Source: Microcoleaceae cyanobacterium (GTDB lineage Bacteria > Cyanobacteriota > Cyanobacteriia > Cyanobacteriales > Microcoleaceae). From it: DNA of 64,000 bases. Below the pieces are notes generated by a model that saw only the letters and a program-made list of their open reading frames with translations, was not told where the DNA came from and did not search any database. Numbering within the stretch: the first letter of the stretch is position 1; each line of letters starts with the position of its first letter. The translations under genes were made by a program, and so were the position numbers. The stretch is from positions 1 through 64,000 of the forward strand of contig JBOFUV010000133.1 of the NCBI GenBank assembly GCA_051652765.1. Direction: 5' to 3'. Below are positions 47,773-58,788 of the stretch, in pieces.

Positions 47773-48135
47773 CCGGTGGTCTGTCTAGATAAGTTGGCGT
47801 TGTTTAATGGCAGCATGATTCCACCCCCTAGCCCCCATGTGCATCAGCATTTTCGGAAGAGTATTCTGAGGGGAATTAGACTTCCAAGGAAGGTTCCCCA
47901 GGCTTGGGAGTATTCTTCGAGCAGCTCCTTGGTCGAAGAGGGGGCCGCATAAAGTTGGGTGGTTTGACAGATTTATTTCTAACTCATCGGCACCATCAAA
48001 ACGTTCCTGATCAAACTTCCGTGCAACCCATAAATCTGTATAACCCATAAAATAAAGGGGTAGGCTCGATTCTTTGAGAAAGCTCAAGTTTTTGCTTTAA
48101 GTTTTTTGCTTCAAGTTTTCATCGGTTACGCTGCT

Positions 48136-48558
48136 ATGACCTCAACACCACCAGACGTTGCTAACGTTGTTGCTAAATCGACCCCATACCTGCCAGCAAC
48201 CCTGGAGCGGGCAGAGCGTGCGATTCGTTGTTCTCCATTCCAACTCAAATTGTTCATGACAATGCGCTATGACCGAGTGGAATTGAAGGCAATTACCGCT
48301 GAATCTGGTGTTGGTCTGGGGTATACCCGCTGGCAGCTCTCAGAACTTGCTGCCGAGAATTATTTGCTATGGTTGATTCAAGTGGGGGTTCTTCGCCGCG
48401 AGGTGGATGGACAAGGGATTACAGATAGCTTTCGGCTAACGCCCTTGGGACGGCAACTGGTTGACCACTGGGAAGCTCTAGGTCAAGGTTTGGCTATGCC
48501 TACAGGGCGCGATCGCTGGCTGAATGCCCTCACCCGTTGGCTGCGATTTCCCCTCTAG
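48136..48558 (+). CDS. Npun_F0494-like conserved cyanobacterial protein
   Basis: LLWLIQVGVLRREVDGQGITDSFRLTPLG; upstream of cobQ. Confidence 0.8.
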   Translation: MTSTPPDVANVVAKSTPYLPATLERAERAIRCSPFQLKLFMTMRYDRVELKAITAESGVGLGYTRWQLSELAAENYLLWLIQVGVLRREVDGQGITDSFRLTPLGRQLVDHWEALGQGLAMPTGRDRWLNALTRWLRFPL

Positions 48559-48562
48559 ACCC

Positions 48563-48626
48563 TCAGATACCTGTTCTGAGATACATGTCCTGAGATACAT
48601 CTCCTGAGATACATAGTCTGAGATTT
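48563..48626. repeat. 14-nt tandem repeat (ctgagatacatgtc-like)
   Basis: ctgagatacatgtc ctgagatacatctc ctgagatacatagt ctgagattt. Confidence 0.85.
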
Positions 48627-48664
48627 ATGTGAGATCGATTCAAGCCTCTGACAAGGATTCTGCA

Positions 48665-50155
48665 ATGACCAAACAGACAAAGGCAAAGGCCATCATGGTG
48701 GTCGGAACCACCTCCCACGCGGGGAAATCCATGCTTGTGACTGCCTTGTGTCGGATTCTGCGCCGTCGTGGGGTTCTTGTTGCTCCCTTCAAAGGTCAGA
48801 ATATGGCCCTCAACTCCTATGTTACTCCCACAGGAGCGGAGATCGGCTATGCTCAGGTGGTTCAAGCTTGGGCCGCAGGGTTAACGCCTTCAGTGGAAAT
48901 GAATCCCATTTTACTCAAGCCTCAAGGAAACATGACCTCCCAGGTGATCTTGAAGGGCAAAGCCGTTGATTGTGTTCAGGCGGCAGAGTATTACGAGAAA
49001 TATTTCGATATTGGCTGGCAGGCTGTTACCGAATCCCTTGACTCCCTGATGTCAGAGTACCAACTTGTCGTTTGTGAAGGAGCAGGTAGCCCAGCAGAGG
49101 TAAATCTAAAGCATCGCGACCTGACTAATATGCGGGTGGCCCAGTATTTAACTGCTAAAACCTTGCTGATTGTCGATATTGATCGGGGCGGAGCCTTTGC
49201 CCATGTGATTGGGACATTGCAGCTCTTGGAACCGGAGGAACGGCAACTGATCAAAGGCATTGTAATCAATAAGTTTCGAGGGCAGCGATCGCTCCTGGAT
49301 TCTGGAATTCAATGGCTGGAGGAATATACTGGAATTCCAGTGGTGGGAGTGATTCCCTGGGTTGAACTCAACTTGCCAGCCGAAGACTCCCTCAGTTTGT
49401 TTGACCGTCGGAACAGTTCTTCGCCTCAAGCAGAGATTACGATTGCGGTGATTCGTTTACCTCGAATTGCCAACTTTACCGACTTTGACCCGTTAGATGC
49501 TGAAGCAACGGTCAGTGTCAAGTACGTTGATCTGCATCAGCCTTTGGGCCATCCAGATGCAGTCATTATTCCAGGGTCTAAAACAACCATTCCAGATTTA
49601 TTGGCCTTGCAAGAGAGCGGCATGGCAGCAGAAATTCAACGCTATATTGCCGCTGGAGGTCAAGTCATGGGAATTTGTGGAGGCTACCAAATGCTGGGAC
49701 AAACCGTTGCAGATCCCTATGGCTTGGAGGGCAAACGAGGAGACTATGAAGGTTTGGGACTACTGCCTTTGAAAACTATTATTGACCGACCAAAAGTCTC
49801 AGCCAAACGACTGGTCACTTCAGCGTCTCCCCAAGCAGGTTTTCCGATTGAAGGGTATGAAATTCACCAAGGACGCACCCAGGTACTAGATCGAGCAGAC
49901 ATTACTCCTCTGTTCGATGACATTGGCTTAGGAGTGGTGAATACTCAGTATTCTGTCTGGGGTCATTATTTGCATGGCATCTTTGATAACAGTGCTTGGC
50001 GGAGAGCTTGGTTGAATCATCTCCGCACGCCACGAGGATTGAGTACCTTGCCCACAGGGGTTCCAAACTATCGAGAACATCGGGAAATGCTATTGGATGT
50101 ATTGGCAGATATAGTGGAAGAAGCTCTAGATCTTGATCTAATCTTGGATTGTTAG
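48665..50155 (+). CDS. cobQ: Cobyric acid synthase
   Basis: GTTSHAGKS, PFKGQNMALNS, EGAGSPAE, NFTDFDPL, GICGGYQMLG, GYEIHQG. Confidence 0.96.
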   Translation: MTKQTKAKAIMVVGTTSHAGKSMLVTALCRILRRRGVLVAPFKGQNMALNSYVTPTGAEIGYAQVVQAWAAGLTPSVEMNPILLKPQGNMTSQVILKGKAVDCVQAAEYYEKYFDIGWQAVTESLDSLMSEYQLVVCEGAGSPAEVNLKHRDLTNMRVAQYLTAKTLLIVDIDRGGAFAHVIGTLQLLEPEERQLIKGIVINKFRGQRSLLDSGIQWLEEYTGIPVVGVIPWVELNLPAEDSLSLFDRRNSSSPQAEITIAVIRLPRIANFTDFDPLDAEATVSVKYVDLHQPLGHPDAVIIPGSKTTIPDLLALQESGMAAEIQRYIAAGGQVMGICGGYQMLGQTVADPYGLEGKRGDYEGLGLLPLKTIIDRPKVSAKRLVTSASPQAGFPIEGYEIHQGRTQVLDRADITPLFDDIGLGVVNTQYSVWGHYLHGIFDNSAWRRAWLNHLRTPRGLSTLPTGVPNYREHREMLLDVLADIVEEALDLDLILDC

Positions 50156-50165
50156 TTGGTTTAGA

Positions 50166-50399
50166 ATGAGAATTCGCTTTTTGCCAGACAATATTGCTGT
50201 TGAAGCCCAACCGGGAGAACCGATGTTGGCAGTTGCCAACCGGGCCAGAGTTTCAATTCCCACAGGTTGTCTGATGGGATCATGTCATGCCTGCGAGGTT
50301 GAAGTGGACGGGGGAGATATTATCTGTGCTTGCATCAGTTCTATCCCGAGTGGAAGGGAAGAAATGACTGTGCAACTTTATGTTGATCCAACGTGGTAA
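50166..50399 (+). CDS. Small 2Fe-2S ferredoxin-like protein
   Basis: PTGCLMGSCHACEV...CAC. Confidence 0.88.
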   Translation: MRIRFLPDNIAVEAQPGEPMLAVANRARVSIPTGCLMGSCHACEVEVDGGDIICACISSIPSGREEMTVQLYVDPTW

Positions 50400-50432
50400 G
50401 TCACTTCAGGACTTTAAGCTTCAGGACGTTAA

Positions 50433-50456
50433 CGTGAGTTCAAGACTGAACTCACG
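50433..50456. terminator. Hairpin between convergent genes (ferredoxin-like / metK)
   Basis: cgtgagttca-agac-tgaactcacg, a 10-bp perfect stem. Confidence 0.65.
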
Positions 50457-50478
50457 CTAATGAACGTTTACTGAACCT

Positions 50479-51735
50479 CTATCCGGCCACTGCTGAAGCT
50501 GACAGAACTTCCTTGAGTAATTCGGTCTTATCCGTTATTTCCCAAGGAAGATCTAAGTCAGGTCGGCCAAAGTGACCATAAGACGCGATATCCTGGAAGA
50601 AACGTCCCCCTCGTTTGGCCGGAAGATTCTGCAAATCAAAGGCTTGAATCATTCCGGCTGGGCGCAATTCAAAAATTTCGAGGACAGCATCCATCAATTG
50701 TTCCTCATCCACATTGCCCGTGCCAAAGGTATCAACATGAAGACTCATAGGCCGAGCTACCCCAATCGCATAGCTGACCTGGACTTCACACCGATCTGCT
50801 AGCCCAGCCGCAACGATATTTTTAGCAATGTAACGACAAGCATAGGCTGCCGTGCGATCGACTTTGGTTGGATCTTTCCCAGAGAAGGCTCCCCCACCGT
50901 GACGGGCATAGCCTCCATAGGTATCCACAATAATCTTGCGCCCGGTTAACCCTGCATCTCCTTGAGGCCCACCAATGACAAATTTTCCGGTTGGATTCAC
51001 CAAAAACCGAGTTTCTGCGTCAGGTTTGATGTCAATATCCTCAAACACAGGCTTAACCACCGCTGCCCAGAGATCTTGTTTGATTTGAGCTTGGATCGCA
51101 GCAGATTCACTGATGCCATTGATGACAGCGGCATGTTGGGTTGAGATCAAAATCGTATCAATGCCAACTGGGCGATCGCCCTCATAGATCACAGTAACTT
51201 GGGTTTTCCCATCGGGCCGTAAATAAGGCAATGTGTGATCTTTCCGAACCACAGAAAGCTGTAGAGAAATCCGGTGCGCCAAACTAATGGGTAATGGCAT
51301 CAGTTCTGGAGTTTCGTTACAGGCATAGCCAAACATTAACCCTTGGTCTCCTGCTCCAATGGCATCTAACTCTTCTTCGCTCAGAGCCGTTCGGGTTTCA
51401 TGGGCCTGATCAACGCCTTGAGCAATATCGGGGGATTGTCGATCAAGAGCCAGCAAAACTGCACAACTCTCGGCTGAGAAACCGTTTTCGGCATGAGTGT
51501 AGCCGATTTCAGCAATTTTCTTGCGGGTGAGGTCAACAAAATTCACTTGAGCCTGAGTCGTGATCTCCCCTGTAATTAGGACTAACCCTGTATTGACAAC
51601 AACCTCAGCAGCAACACGACTTTTTGGATCGTGAGTTAATAATGCATCCAGAATCGTGTCTGAGATTTGGTCACAAAGTTTGTCAGGATGACCTTCGGTC
51701 ACTGATTCGGATGTAAATAGGTAGCGACGAGACAA
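50479..51735 (-). CDS. metK: S-adenosylmethionine synthetase
   Basis: [37 protein letters not shown] start after aaggagg. Confidence 0.96.
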   Translation of the reverse strand: MSRRYLFTSESVTEGHPDKLCDQISDTILDALLTHDPKSRVAAEVVVNTGLVLITGEITTQAQVNFVDLTRKKIAEIGYTHAENGFSAESCAVLLALDRQSPDIAQGVDQAHETRTALSEEELDAIGAGDQGLMFGYACNETPELMPLPISLAHRISLQLSVVRKDHTLPYLRPDGKTQVTVIYEGDRPVGIDTILISTQHAAVINGISESAAIQAQIKQDLWAAVVKPVFEDIDIKPDAETRFLVNPTGKFVIGGPQGDAGLTGRKIIVDTYGGYARHGGGAFSGKDPTKVDRTAAYACRYIAKNIVAAGLADRCEVQVSYAIGVARPMSLHVDTFGTGNVDEEQLMDAVLEIFELRPAGMIQAFDLQNLPAKRGGRFFQDIASYGHFGRPDLDLPWEITDKTELLKEVLSASAVAG

Positions 51736-51973
51736 GAGCAGAGCCTCCTTCAATTTAAGCGTGTTGACAAAGGATGGAAGCAAGGGCTGAGTATTCAACT
51801 GCCATCAGAGGACTCAGGCAATCTTTCCCTCAAACGTTATTCATCAAACCCTTGAAAACTTTCATTAGTCCTGTTGTATCAGCAGAACCGGATAGCTGTA
51901 AAGTTTCTGGGGCAGAACAGATCTTGAGATTGCAAAGGATAACAACCCTGAAATCATCTGAGGGACAAAGCTT

Positions 51974-52717
51974 TCAGCTTACTGAAATCACTTGAATTTG
52001 ATCTAAGTTTTGGATGACAACATCCGCAGATTGCAAAAGTTGAGGAATCTGTCCTTGACGATCGATGCCAATGCACCCTGCTGCCTTAGCTCCTCTAGCC
52101 ATCTCCATGTCAACCATTGCATCCCCGATCATTACTGCGGACAAAGGATTCACATCCAAAGCCTGACATGCCTGCAAAAACAGTTTGGGATCTGGCTTGC
52201 CTGGGCCCTCATCTACTCCCATCTTTAGCTGGAAATACTGCTCCAAATGATACCGTTTGACAAAGCTATATACCGATTTCGAGGAGGCAGCAGAGAGGAT
52301 TCCCAGCTTCAAGCCAGAAGTTGAAAGCAACTCTAACACCCCAAGGCACTCTCTGAATAGAGGGGCTGGAGAAGAAGTTTGAAGAACTTGGTCTGCTTTC
52401 TCAAAAGCTTGGCGGGCAATTTTTAGCGATTCTGACCAGCTCTGCCCAGTTTCAGCAATACAGGCTGCTGCCGCAATCTCGTTTTCCCTCCGACTGCCAA
52501 CAGCCATCAATCCTGCTGGGTTCAGCCAATCTTCTATAATCCCAAATGTTGGTAGGAGTCGTTGCCTCAACCCTGGAATTTGATGATCAATGAGACGCGA
52601 TCGCGCCTGTCCCAAGTCCTTTAGGATTGCTTGAGAATCTTCTAAGGTTCCATCTTTATCAAACACGATGGCTTGAATATTTTTGAATAGAACCTGGTCA
52701 ACTCTTAGAGTAGCCAT
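51974..52717 (-). CDS. HAD-family hydrolase
   Basis: FDKDGTL, KPDP, MIGDAMVD. Confidence 0.9.
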   Translation of the reverse strand: MATLRVDQVLFKNIQAIVFDKDGTLEDSQAILKDLGQARSRLIDHQIPGLRQRLLPTFGIIEDWLNPAGLMAVGSRRENEIAAAACIAETGQSWSESLKIARQAFEKADQVLQTSSPAPLFRECLGVLELLSTSGLKLGILSAASSKSVYSFVKRYHLEQYFQLKMGVDEGPGKPDPKLFLQACQALDVNPLSAVMIGDAMVDMEMARGAKAAGCIGIDRQGQIPQLLQSADVVIQNLDQIQVISVS

Positions 52718-52796
52718 AGGAGAAACTCTAGTTAAACAAAGCCATGAAAAAAGAGGGTGAATCCCTCCTTAGAGCCAATACAAAGTGACATTCATG

Positions 52797-52875
52797 ACAC
52801 ATAGTTTATTAAACATAGTTTATTAAACATACTTCATTAAACATAGTTTGATAGACATTGTTTAATAAACATTAT
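52797..52875. repeat. 14-nt tandem repeat (acatagtttattaa-like, about 5 copies)
   Basis: acatagtttattaa x2, acatacttcattaa, acatagtttgatag, acattgtttaataa. Confidence 0.85.
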
Positions 52876-52941
52876 GGGTCATGAAACTAGGTGCTACGAA
52901 ACGGTCAAGAAGCCGCTAAGACTTAAAGATCAGGCTGAACT

Positions 52942-54378
52942 TCAAGACTCAGCGATCGCCTCAAGCTCTTCCTCTTCAGCCAAGGCTTCCTCAGAGATCT
53001 CTTCCGGTTCAGTTTCTTCAGAAACTTCTTCCTCAAGCACAGCTTCTTCAGAAACTTCTTCCTCAAGCACAGCTTCTTCAGGAACTTCTTGAAGAACTGC
53101 TTCTTCAAGTACAGCTTCTTCAGGAACCTCCTCTTTAAGTACAGCTTCTTCAGGAACTTCTTGAAGGACTGCTTCTTCAAGTACAGTTTCCTCAAGTACA
53201 GCTTCTTCAGGAACCTCTTGAAGGACTGCTTCTTCAAGTACAGCCTCTTCAGGAACTCCTTCCTCAAGTACAGCTTCTTCGGGAACTCCTTCCTCAACTA
53301 AGGCATCACTGGAAACCTCTTCCGGCGAAGCTTCGTCAAGCGCCGCTTCAATGTCCTCTGAAGCCTCAGGTACATCAACGTCTTCAACCGCTAATGGAAT
53401 CTCATCCTCTTCCATAGCAGAAGGAATCTCGACCTCCTCTAGGGTCGCTTCTACGTCAGGTTGAACTTGAATGCCCTGCTGCTCAGCTAGCATTTTTTCC
53501 CGGAATTTAGCTGCCATTTCTTCAGCTTTTTCGTAAACCAAGTCAGGGTTCTTCACCATAGCCCCTGGTTCTGGCTCCAACTGCTTCGTGGAGAGGGAGA
53601 TCCGACCTCGATCCGCATCCAGATCGATGATCATCACCTTAACCTCATCATTAACGTTGAAGACGCTATGGGGAGTATCGATGTGATCGTGGGAAATTTC
53701 AGAAATATGGAGCAAGCCACTAACACCACCAATATCAATAAATGCTCCATAGGGCTTGATTCCCCGCACCGTACCGATCACAACTTCCCCGACTTCAAGG
53801 CGGTTCATCTTGCGCTCAACCAAAGCTCTACGGTGGCTTAGAACGAGGCGGTTTCTTTCTTCATCAACCTCTAGAAACTTCAGCGGAAGTTCTTCAGCAA
53901 CCAGATCTTCCTTCGGCTTGCGGGTACTAATGTGTGATCCAGGGATAAATCCCCGCAGTCCTTCGATTCGGACTAGAGCACCCCCGCGATTGGTTGCAAA
54001 AACCTGAGAACGAACCGTCGCATCTTCAGCTTGGAGTTGGCGGACTCTTTCCCAGGCCCGCATGTACTCAATACGACGAATTGAAAGGGTTAACTGGCCA
54101 TCCTCGTTCTCATCAGTCAAGATGAAAAATTCTCGCGTTTCATTAGACTGCAAGACTTCATCCGGACTTTCCACACGATTGATGGACATTTCTTGAAGCG
54201 GAATATAGGCTGCAGTCTTAGCGCCAATATCAATCAGGGCTCCCCTTGGTTCTATACTAAAAACAGTCCCAGGAACTACGTCTCCCGGACTGAAATGATA
54301 GTCGTATTTATCAAGTAGGGCTGCAAAATCTTCGTGGGTAAAGCCCACGTCTTTAGGCTTGACTGTCTGATCGAGCAT
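52942..54378 (-). CDS. rpsA: 30S ribosomal protein S1 with long acidic repeat tail
   Basis: GFTHEDFAALLDKYDYHF, three S1 domains (ALIDIG, GFIPGSHIS, GLLHISEIS), then repeated EEAVLEE/QEVP units. Confidence 0.95.
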   Translation of the reverse strand: MLDQTVKPKDVGFTHEDFAALLDKYDYHFSPGDVVPGTVFSIEPRGALIDIGAKTAAYIPLQEMSINRVESPDEVLQSNETREFFILTDENEDGQLTLSIRRIEYMRAWERVRQLQAEDATVRSQVFATNRGGALVRIEGLRGFIPGSHISTRKPKEDLVAEELPLKFLEVDEERNRLVLSHRRALVERKMNRLEVGEVVIGTVRGIKPYGAFIDIGGVSGLLHISEISHDHIDTPHSVFNVNDEVKVMIIDLDADRGRISLSTKQLEPEPGAMVKNPDLVYEKAEEMAAKFREKMLAEQQGIQVQPDVEATLEEVEIPSAMEEDEIPLAVEDVDVPEASEDIEAALDEASPEEVSSDALVEEGVPEEAVLEEGVPEEAVLEEAVLQEVPEEAVLEETVLEEAVLQEVPEEAVLKEEVPEEAVLEEAVLQEVPEEAVLEEEVSEEAVLEEEVSEETEPEEISEEALAEEEELEAIAES

Positions 54379-54740
54379 GCAATTTATTTCCTAGGGATAT
54401 CTCTCCTTAAGTTGCGTTTATGCAGTCACCAAGGTTAATGCTTGAACTACCAAGCTTGATAGCAACCACAAACCTTAGAAGGCTTTAAAACTACCATCAA
54501 GAGCTGGAACTTCGAGAATCAACTTTAACTCTAGCTTCCCAATAAGGCAAGCACAGAAAACTCCTAGAAGCAAACAGTCGCGGCGATCAAGTTAAACTAG
54601 CTAACGAAACATCCCTTAGCTAGTTCAGGAAGCTAAAACTCCTGTAGATCTTACCAGCTCACTACTTAACAACTATGGAGTCAACTTGACTAATTTAACT
54701 TAAAGTACTGATATTATGCCATACTCTAGCAAAATTTGTG

Positions 54741-55337
54741 TCAGTTTATCGATGAGCTTTTCTGAGAGTTCAAAATAGGATTTGGATCTGAAGGATTGGA
54801 AATCGACCCTTCAGAGGCGTGAGTCGATGACAGGTCAGTCTCATCTGGGGTAAATCCACCATTTTCACCCTGCTTCAAGTGAGCTTGGTAGTGCTTGAGC
54901 TGAGCTAAGGCATCAACAAAATCTCGAATTCCCGTGAACTTTCGATAAACTGAAGCAAATCGCACATAAGCAACTTCACTTACGGCTTTCAGTTGCTCTA
55001 GAACCAGCTCCCCGATTTCTTGACTGGACACGTCTCGATTGGGACGCTGTTGCAGTTCAAGCTCAATTTCATCAATAATCTCGTTAAGTTGGATTGGAGT
55101 CATTCCGGTCTTTTCACAGGCTCGAACTAATCCTCGCAGCAGCTTGGAGCGGTCAAAAGATTCCCGCTTTCCATCCCGCTTAATCACTGTAACTGGAACA
55201 AATTCAACTCGTTCATAAGTGGTGAACCGATGTTGGCAGTTCAGGCACTCTCGCCGACGGCGAATACTCCGACCAGACTCGGCTGCACGGGATTCCAAAA
55301 CTCGGCTATTCGTATGCTGACAAACTGGGCATTGCAT
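54741..55337 (-). CDS. nrdR: Transcriptional repressor NrdR
   Basis: [22 protein letters not shown] cone, [10 protein letters not shown]. Confidence 0.95.
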   Translation of the reverse strand: MQCPVCQHTNSRVLESRAAESGRSIRRRRECLNCQHRFTTYERVEFVPVTVIKRDGKRESFDRSKLLRGLVRACEKTGMTPIQLNEIIDEIELELQQRPNRDVSSQEIGELVLEQLKAVSEVAYVRFASVYRKFTGIRDFVDALAQLKHYQAHLKQGENGGFTPDETDLSSTHASEGSISNPSDPNPILNSQKSSSIN

Positions 55338-55390
55338 GACTGGGTTGTCTTCTCTGATTCAGTGCGATTTCTAGCTAGAGGATAACTAGA

Positions 55391-55486
55391 CTACTTGCCA
55401 ATTCGGGGAGGTTCACGAAAGGCGATCGCAAAAAACAGAACTCCCAAGCCCAAAGCTAGAACCAAAATATAAGCTGCACTTTCCAT
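55391..55486 (-). CDS. psbT: Photosystem II protein T (not in the ORF track)
   Basis: Hand translation gives [31 protein letters not shown]; lies between psbB and nrdR. Confidence 0.95.
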   Translation of the reverse strand: MESAAYILVLALGLGVLFFAIAFREPPRIGK

Positions 55487-55652
55487 GTCAATTTTTCCTA
55501 AAAAGCAATTTCTTATCAGTTTACCAGTCAAAATGGCATAAACGCTAAATCAACATTGCTTTTTTGTCAGGAGAAGGGCTAAACGGGCATTTCAGTTATC
55601 AATATCAGTTGCCAATATCAGTTGCCAATAATAGTTCTAAAAGAACTAGTCC

Positions 55653-55687
55653 AAAAAAAATGAAGCCCAACTCACTTGTTAGGCTCC
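55653..55687 (-). terminator. Intrinsic terminator after psbB
   Basis: Minus strand ggagcctaac-aagtga-gttgggcttc followed by a and 8 U. Confidence 0.7.
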
Positions 55688-55749
55688 AGAGATAAAAGCA
55701 CAACTCATATTGACTTTCAAGAGTGGAAAGCTGAATGAGTCCGCAAAAG

Positions 55750-57285
55750 CTAAACGCTTTCCTTGGCAGGAGTTGATTTGTCTCCAAGCTTCTGATAAAA
55801 GCCCCATTCAAGCTGCTCTTCTGTCATCTCAGGGTCAATTCCAGCAAACACGTCTCGGAAAATAGTCCGAGAACCGTGCCAGATGTGACCAAAGAAGAAC
55901 AAGAGAGCAAAACAAGCATGACCAAAAGTAAACCAACCTCGGGTACTGGTGCGGAATACGCCATCAGATCCTAAGGTTTCCCGATCAAACTCAAAAGGTT
56001 CACCCTTCTGAGCAAAACGGGCATACTTTTTGACCGTAGGAGCGTCCTTAAAGGTTTGACCATCTAGATCGCCACCGAGGAAGGAAACACTAACGCCAGC
56101 CTGTTCAAAGCTATAGCGAGACTCTGCACGACGGAAAGGAATATCTGCCCGAATGACCCCGTCCTCGTCTGTGAGGAGAACTGGGAAGGTTTCAAAGAAG
56201 TTGGGCAAACGACGAACCGTCAGGTTATGGCCATCAGCATCCTTAAAGACAGGATGTCCAACCCAACCCTGAGCAATCCCATCTCCCTTGTCCATGGGGC
56301 CAACCCGGAACAAACCACCCTTGGCAGGACTGTTGCCGACATAGTCGTAAAAGGCCAACTTCTCAGGAACTTTAGACCATGCTTCAGAGAGGCTATCCCC
56401 TGAATTAACGTTGGCCTGAACCCGCCGTTGAATTTCCTCTTGGAAATATCCCTGATCCCACTGATACCGAGTCGGGCCAAACAACTCAATTGGGGTTGCA
56501 GCGGAACCGTACCACATTGTTCCTGCAACCACAAAGGCCGCAAAAAATACCGCCGCAATACTGCTAGACAGCACTGTCTCAATATTCCCCATCCGCAATG
56601 CCTTATAAAGACGCTGGGGTGGACGAACAGACAAATGGAACAAGCCTGCGATAATACCGACAATTCCAGCCGCAATGTGATGGGCAACAATTCCCCCGGC
56701 GTTAAATGGATTAAAGCCCTCAGGCCCCCAAGAAGGCGCGACAGCTTGAATGCTTCCCGTCAGCCCATAGGGATCGGACACCCACATTCCAGGCCCAAAG
56801 AGCCCAGTTTGGTGAAAGGCACCGAAGCCAAAGCAGAGCAAACCAGACAACAACAAATGAATCCCAAACATTTTGGGCAAATCCAGGGCAGGCTCTCCGG
56901 TACGGGGATCAGTAAAGAGTTCCAAATCCCAGTAAACCCAGTGCCAAACTGCTGCTAAGAACAGTAAACCAGACAGGATAATATGAGCAGCAGCAACACC
57001 TTCGAATGACCAGAATCCTGGATTCACCACAGTGTCACCACTGACAACACTCCAGCCTGACCAGGATTGGGTCACGCCCAAACGAGCCATGAAAGGCATG
57101 ACAAACATTCCCTGCCGCCACATTGGATTGAGGACAGGATCAGAGGGATCGTAAATCGCGAGTTCATAGAGTGCCATTGAACCCGCCCAACCTGCTACAA
57201 GAGCAGTGTGCATGAGGTGTACAGAAATTAGCCGTCCTGGATCATTCAGAACTACTGTGTGTACACGATACCAAGGTAGTCCCAT
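55750..57285 (-). CDS. psbB: Photosystem II CP47
   Basis: [19 protein letters not shown]...; RBS ggagga. Confidence 0.99.
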   Translation of the reverse strand: MGLPWYRVHTVVLNDPGRLISVHLMHTALVAGWAGSMALYELAIYDPSDPVLNPMWRQGMFVMPFMARLGVTQSWSGWSVVSGDTVVNPGFWSFEGVAAAHIILSGLLFLAAVWHWVYWDLELFTDPRTGEPALDLPKMFGIHLLLSGLLCFGFGAFHQTGLFGPGMWVSDPYGLTGSIQAVAPSWGPEGFNPFNAGGIVAHHIAAGIVGIIAGLFHLSVRPPQRLYKALRMGNIETVLSSSIAAVFFAAFVVAGTMWYGSAATPIELFGPTRYQWDQGYFQEEIQRRVQANVNSGDSLSEAWSKVPEKLAFYDYVGNSPAKGGLFRVGPMDKGDGIAQGWVGHPVFKDADGHNLTVRRLPNFFETFPVLLTDEDGVIRADIPFRRAESRYSFEQAGVSVSFLGGDLDGQTFKDAPTVKKYARFAQKGEPFEFDRETLGSDGVFRTSTRGWFTFGHACFALLFFFGHIWHGSRTIFRDVFAGIDPEMTEEQLEWGFYQKLGDKSTPAKESV

Positions 57286-57578
57286 TGACTACGCTCCTCC
57301 TCGATTTAGTAAGGTCTACTTTGTTAAACTTTGCTATCCGATACCCCGTTTGGGGTCAACCGATATCCAGAATTTATCAACTCTAGCTCTGATTAAAGTT
57401 CCTAACGGGATCTTCGCGTATATGAAACTTATTTAAAGAAGTGTATCGATAGTTAGAGCCAATTGCAAGTTCAGTCCTTAGGTTAGAACAGCATTATTTT
57501 ACCTTTAATTAGCTCAAAATCCCTTGAAGCAACGAAAATCAGCCAAATGAAGGCTAACTTTAAAGACTGCAATTCTTA

Positions 57579-57902
57579 TCATTTTCCCGTCCCAACCGAA
57601 CATTCTGCAGAAGCCGCACACAAACGTTCTAAAACTTGGTCAGCAGTAATTAGCCGAGTGAGAACAACTTGACCAATCCCTGTACCAGAAGATGGGTCAA
57701 GCTGAGGCTCGGTCGGTTTGACCTCAATCATCAGCACGGCATCCTCGACCCGGTATAGCCATAGCTTTTCTCCCGTGTCCAATAAGCACAAATCAAGCTG
57801 TTGAATATTAGGCGGACGACGGCCCATTACTTCATCCCACGGGCCCCCTACACCCCATACCCGACCCACTATCCATCCATTGGTAAGAAAAAAATATTTC
57901 AC
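57579..57902 (-). CDS. Conserved cyanobacterial hypothetical protein
   Basis: GTG start gives KYFFL..GW.VGRVW..GG.W, LWLYRVEDAVLMIEV, IGQVVL.RLI. Confidence 0.7.
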   Translation of the reverse strand: MKYFFLTNGWIVGRVWGVGGPWDEVMGRRPPNIQQLDLCLLDTGEKLWLYRVEDAVLMIEVKPTEPQLDPSSGTGIGQVVLTRLITADQVLERLCAASAECSVGTGK

Positions 57903-58432
57903 AGATTTCCTAATCTTGATTTCTAATCTTAGTTTCCACAGCGATCTGATTTGAATTGCAAAAGTGGATGGCCTTTTGTCCGCACAGACTAAAAGCCTGC
58001 TCCACAGACTTTCATCAATCACTTGAGATTGCCATAACCCTAGTTAGTTCAAAATCTGCTATTTACTCTCTTCATCTATTCTACGCTCAACCTATTGTCC
58101 CGAATGGCTATTTATTCTGTGCCCAAATCGTCAAACATCAAGTCATCCTCAATCCGATTCTGGCAGTGGCACGACTTAGACAATCCCCCCTGCCTTCCCT
58201 TTGGCCTATTCTTGCCGCAGATCTCCCGTAAGATCCTCCTCTGCAGCCAGCAAGCTACCCCGACAGAATCAATGAAATATCCTCAGGAGTTGCAGGTTTA
58301 ACGTTCATCCATGGAGGGTTTGCGATGGAAAATTTCCTTGTCATTGTACTGCCGGGAATAGTGTCATAAGTCCAGACCCCATAGCAAAATAACATAATAC
58401 AATAAGCAAACCGTGAAGTTTGGAATTGAGTC

Positions 58433-58651
58433 ATGGCCCACCAAGTTGATCTGCTACCTGGAGCCATTTCAGAACTAATGGCATCTGTTGCTGATACCCA
58501 TTGTCTCACTCGAGCTGACCGCTATGGGCTACTAGCAGCAATCTTGGATGAGTCTCTTTCTGAGGAGGAGCGCCGTTCGGTTGATCGACTCTTGAGAGCC
58601 TGTAGTCGGGGACGGGTTCAGGTTGTGGAAGATCTCTCTACCCTCGGGTGA
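58433..58651 (+). CDS. Small conserved hypothetical protein (72 aa)
   Basis: LLPGAISE, LT.ADRYGL.AA.L, LSEEE...DRLL....RG pattern recalled from cyanobacterial small proteins. Confidence 0.75.
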   Translation: MAHQVDLLPGAISELMASVADTHCLTRADRYGLLAAILDESLSEEERRSVDRLLRACSRGRVQVVEDLSTLG

Positions 58652-58788
58652 TTTCCCCGAGCCCCAACTGATTAGAACATGGGAATTAAATCACCCTTGA
58701 ACTTTTGGGGATAAGGTATCTTGTCTGACTTGAGCAATCGGGATGGCCATCTTAATCAGATCTCATTCCAAATCCTAAGGACACAATT

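Noticed and set aside
47785..48087. 100-aa minus-strand ORF between the GMC and Npun_F0494-like genes
   Set aside because: Non-ATG start and no recognisable motif; cannot be supported or excluded.
51736..51973. SAM riboswitch upstream of metK (and B12 riboswitch near cobQ)
   Set aside because: No conserved riboswitch core could be recognised by eye.
52923..53301. Lys/Leu-rich 124-aa ORF and Phe-rich antisense ORF
   Set aside because: Alternative-frame readings of the rpsA repeat tail.
56220..56958. Long overlapping ORFs within psbB and similar shadow ORFs elsewhere
   Set aside because: Antisense or off-frame to well-supported genes, with no independent motifs.
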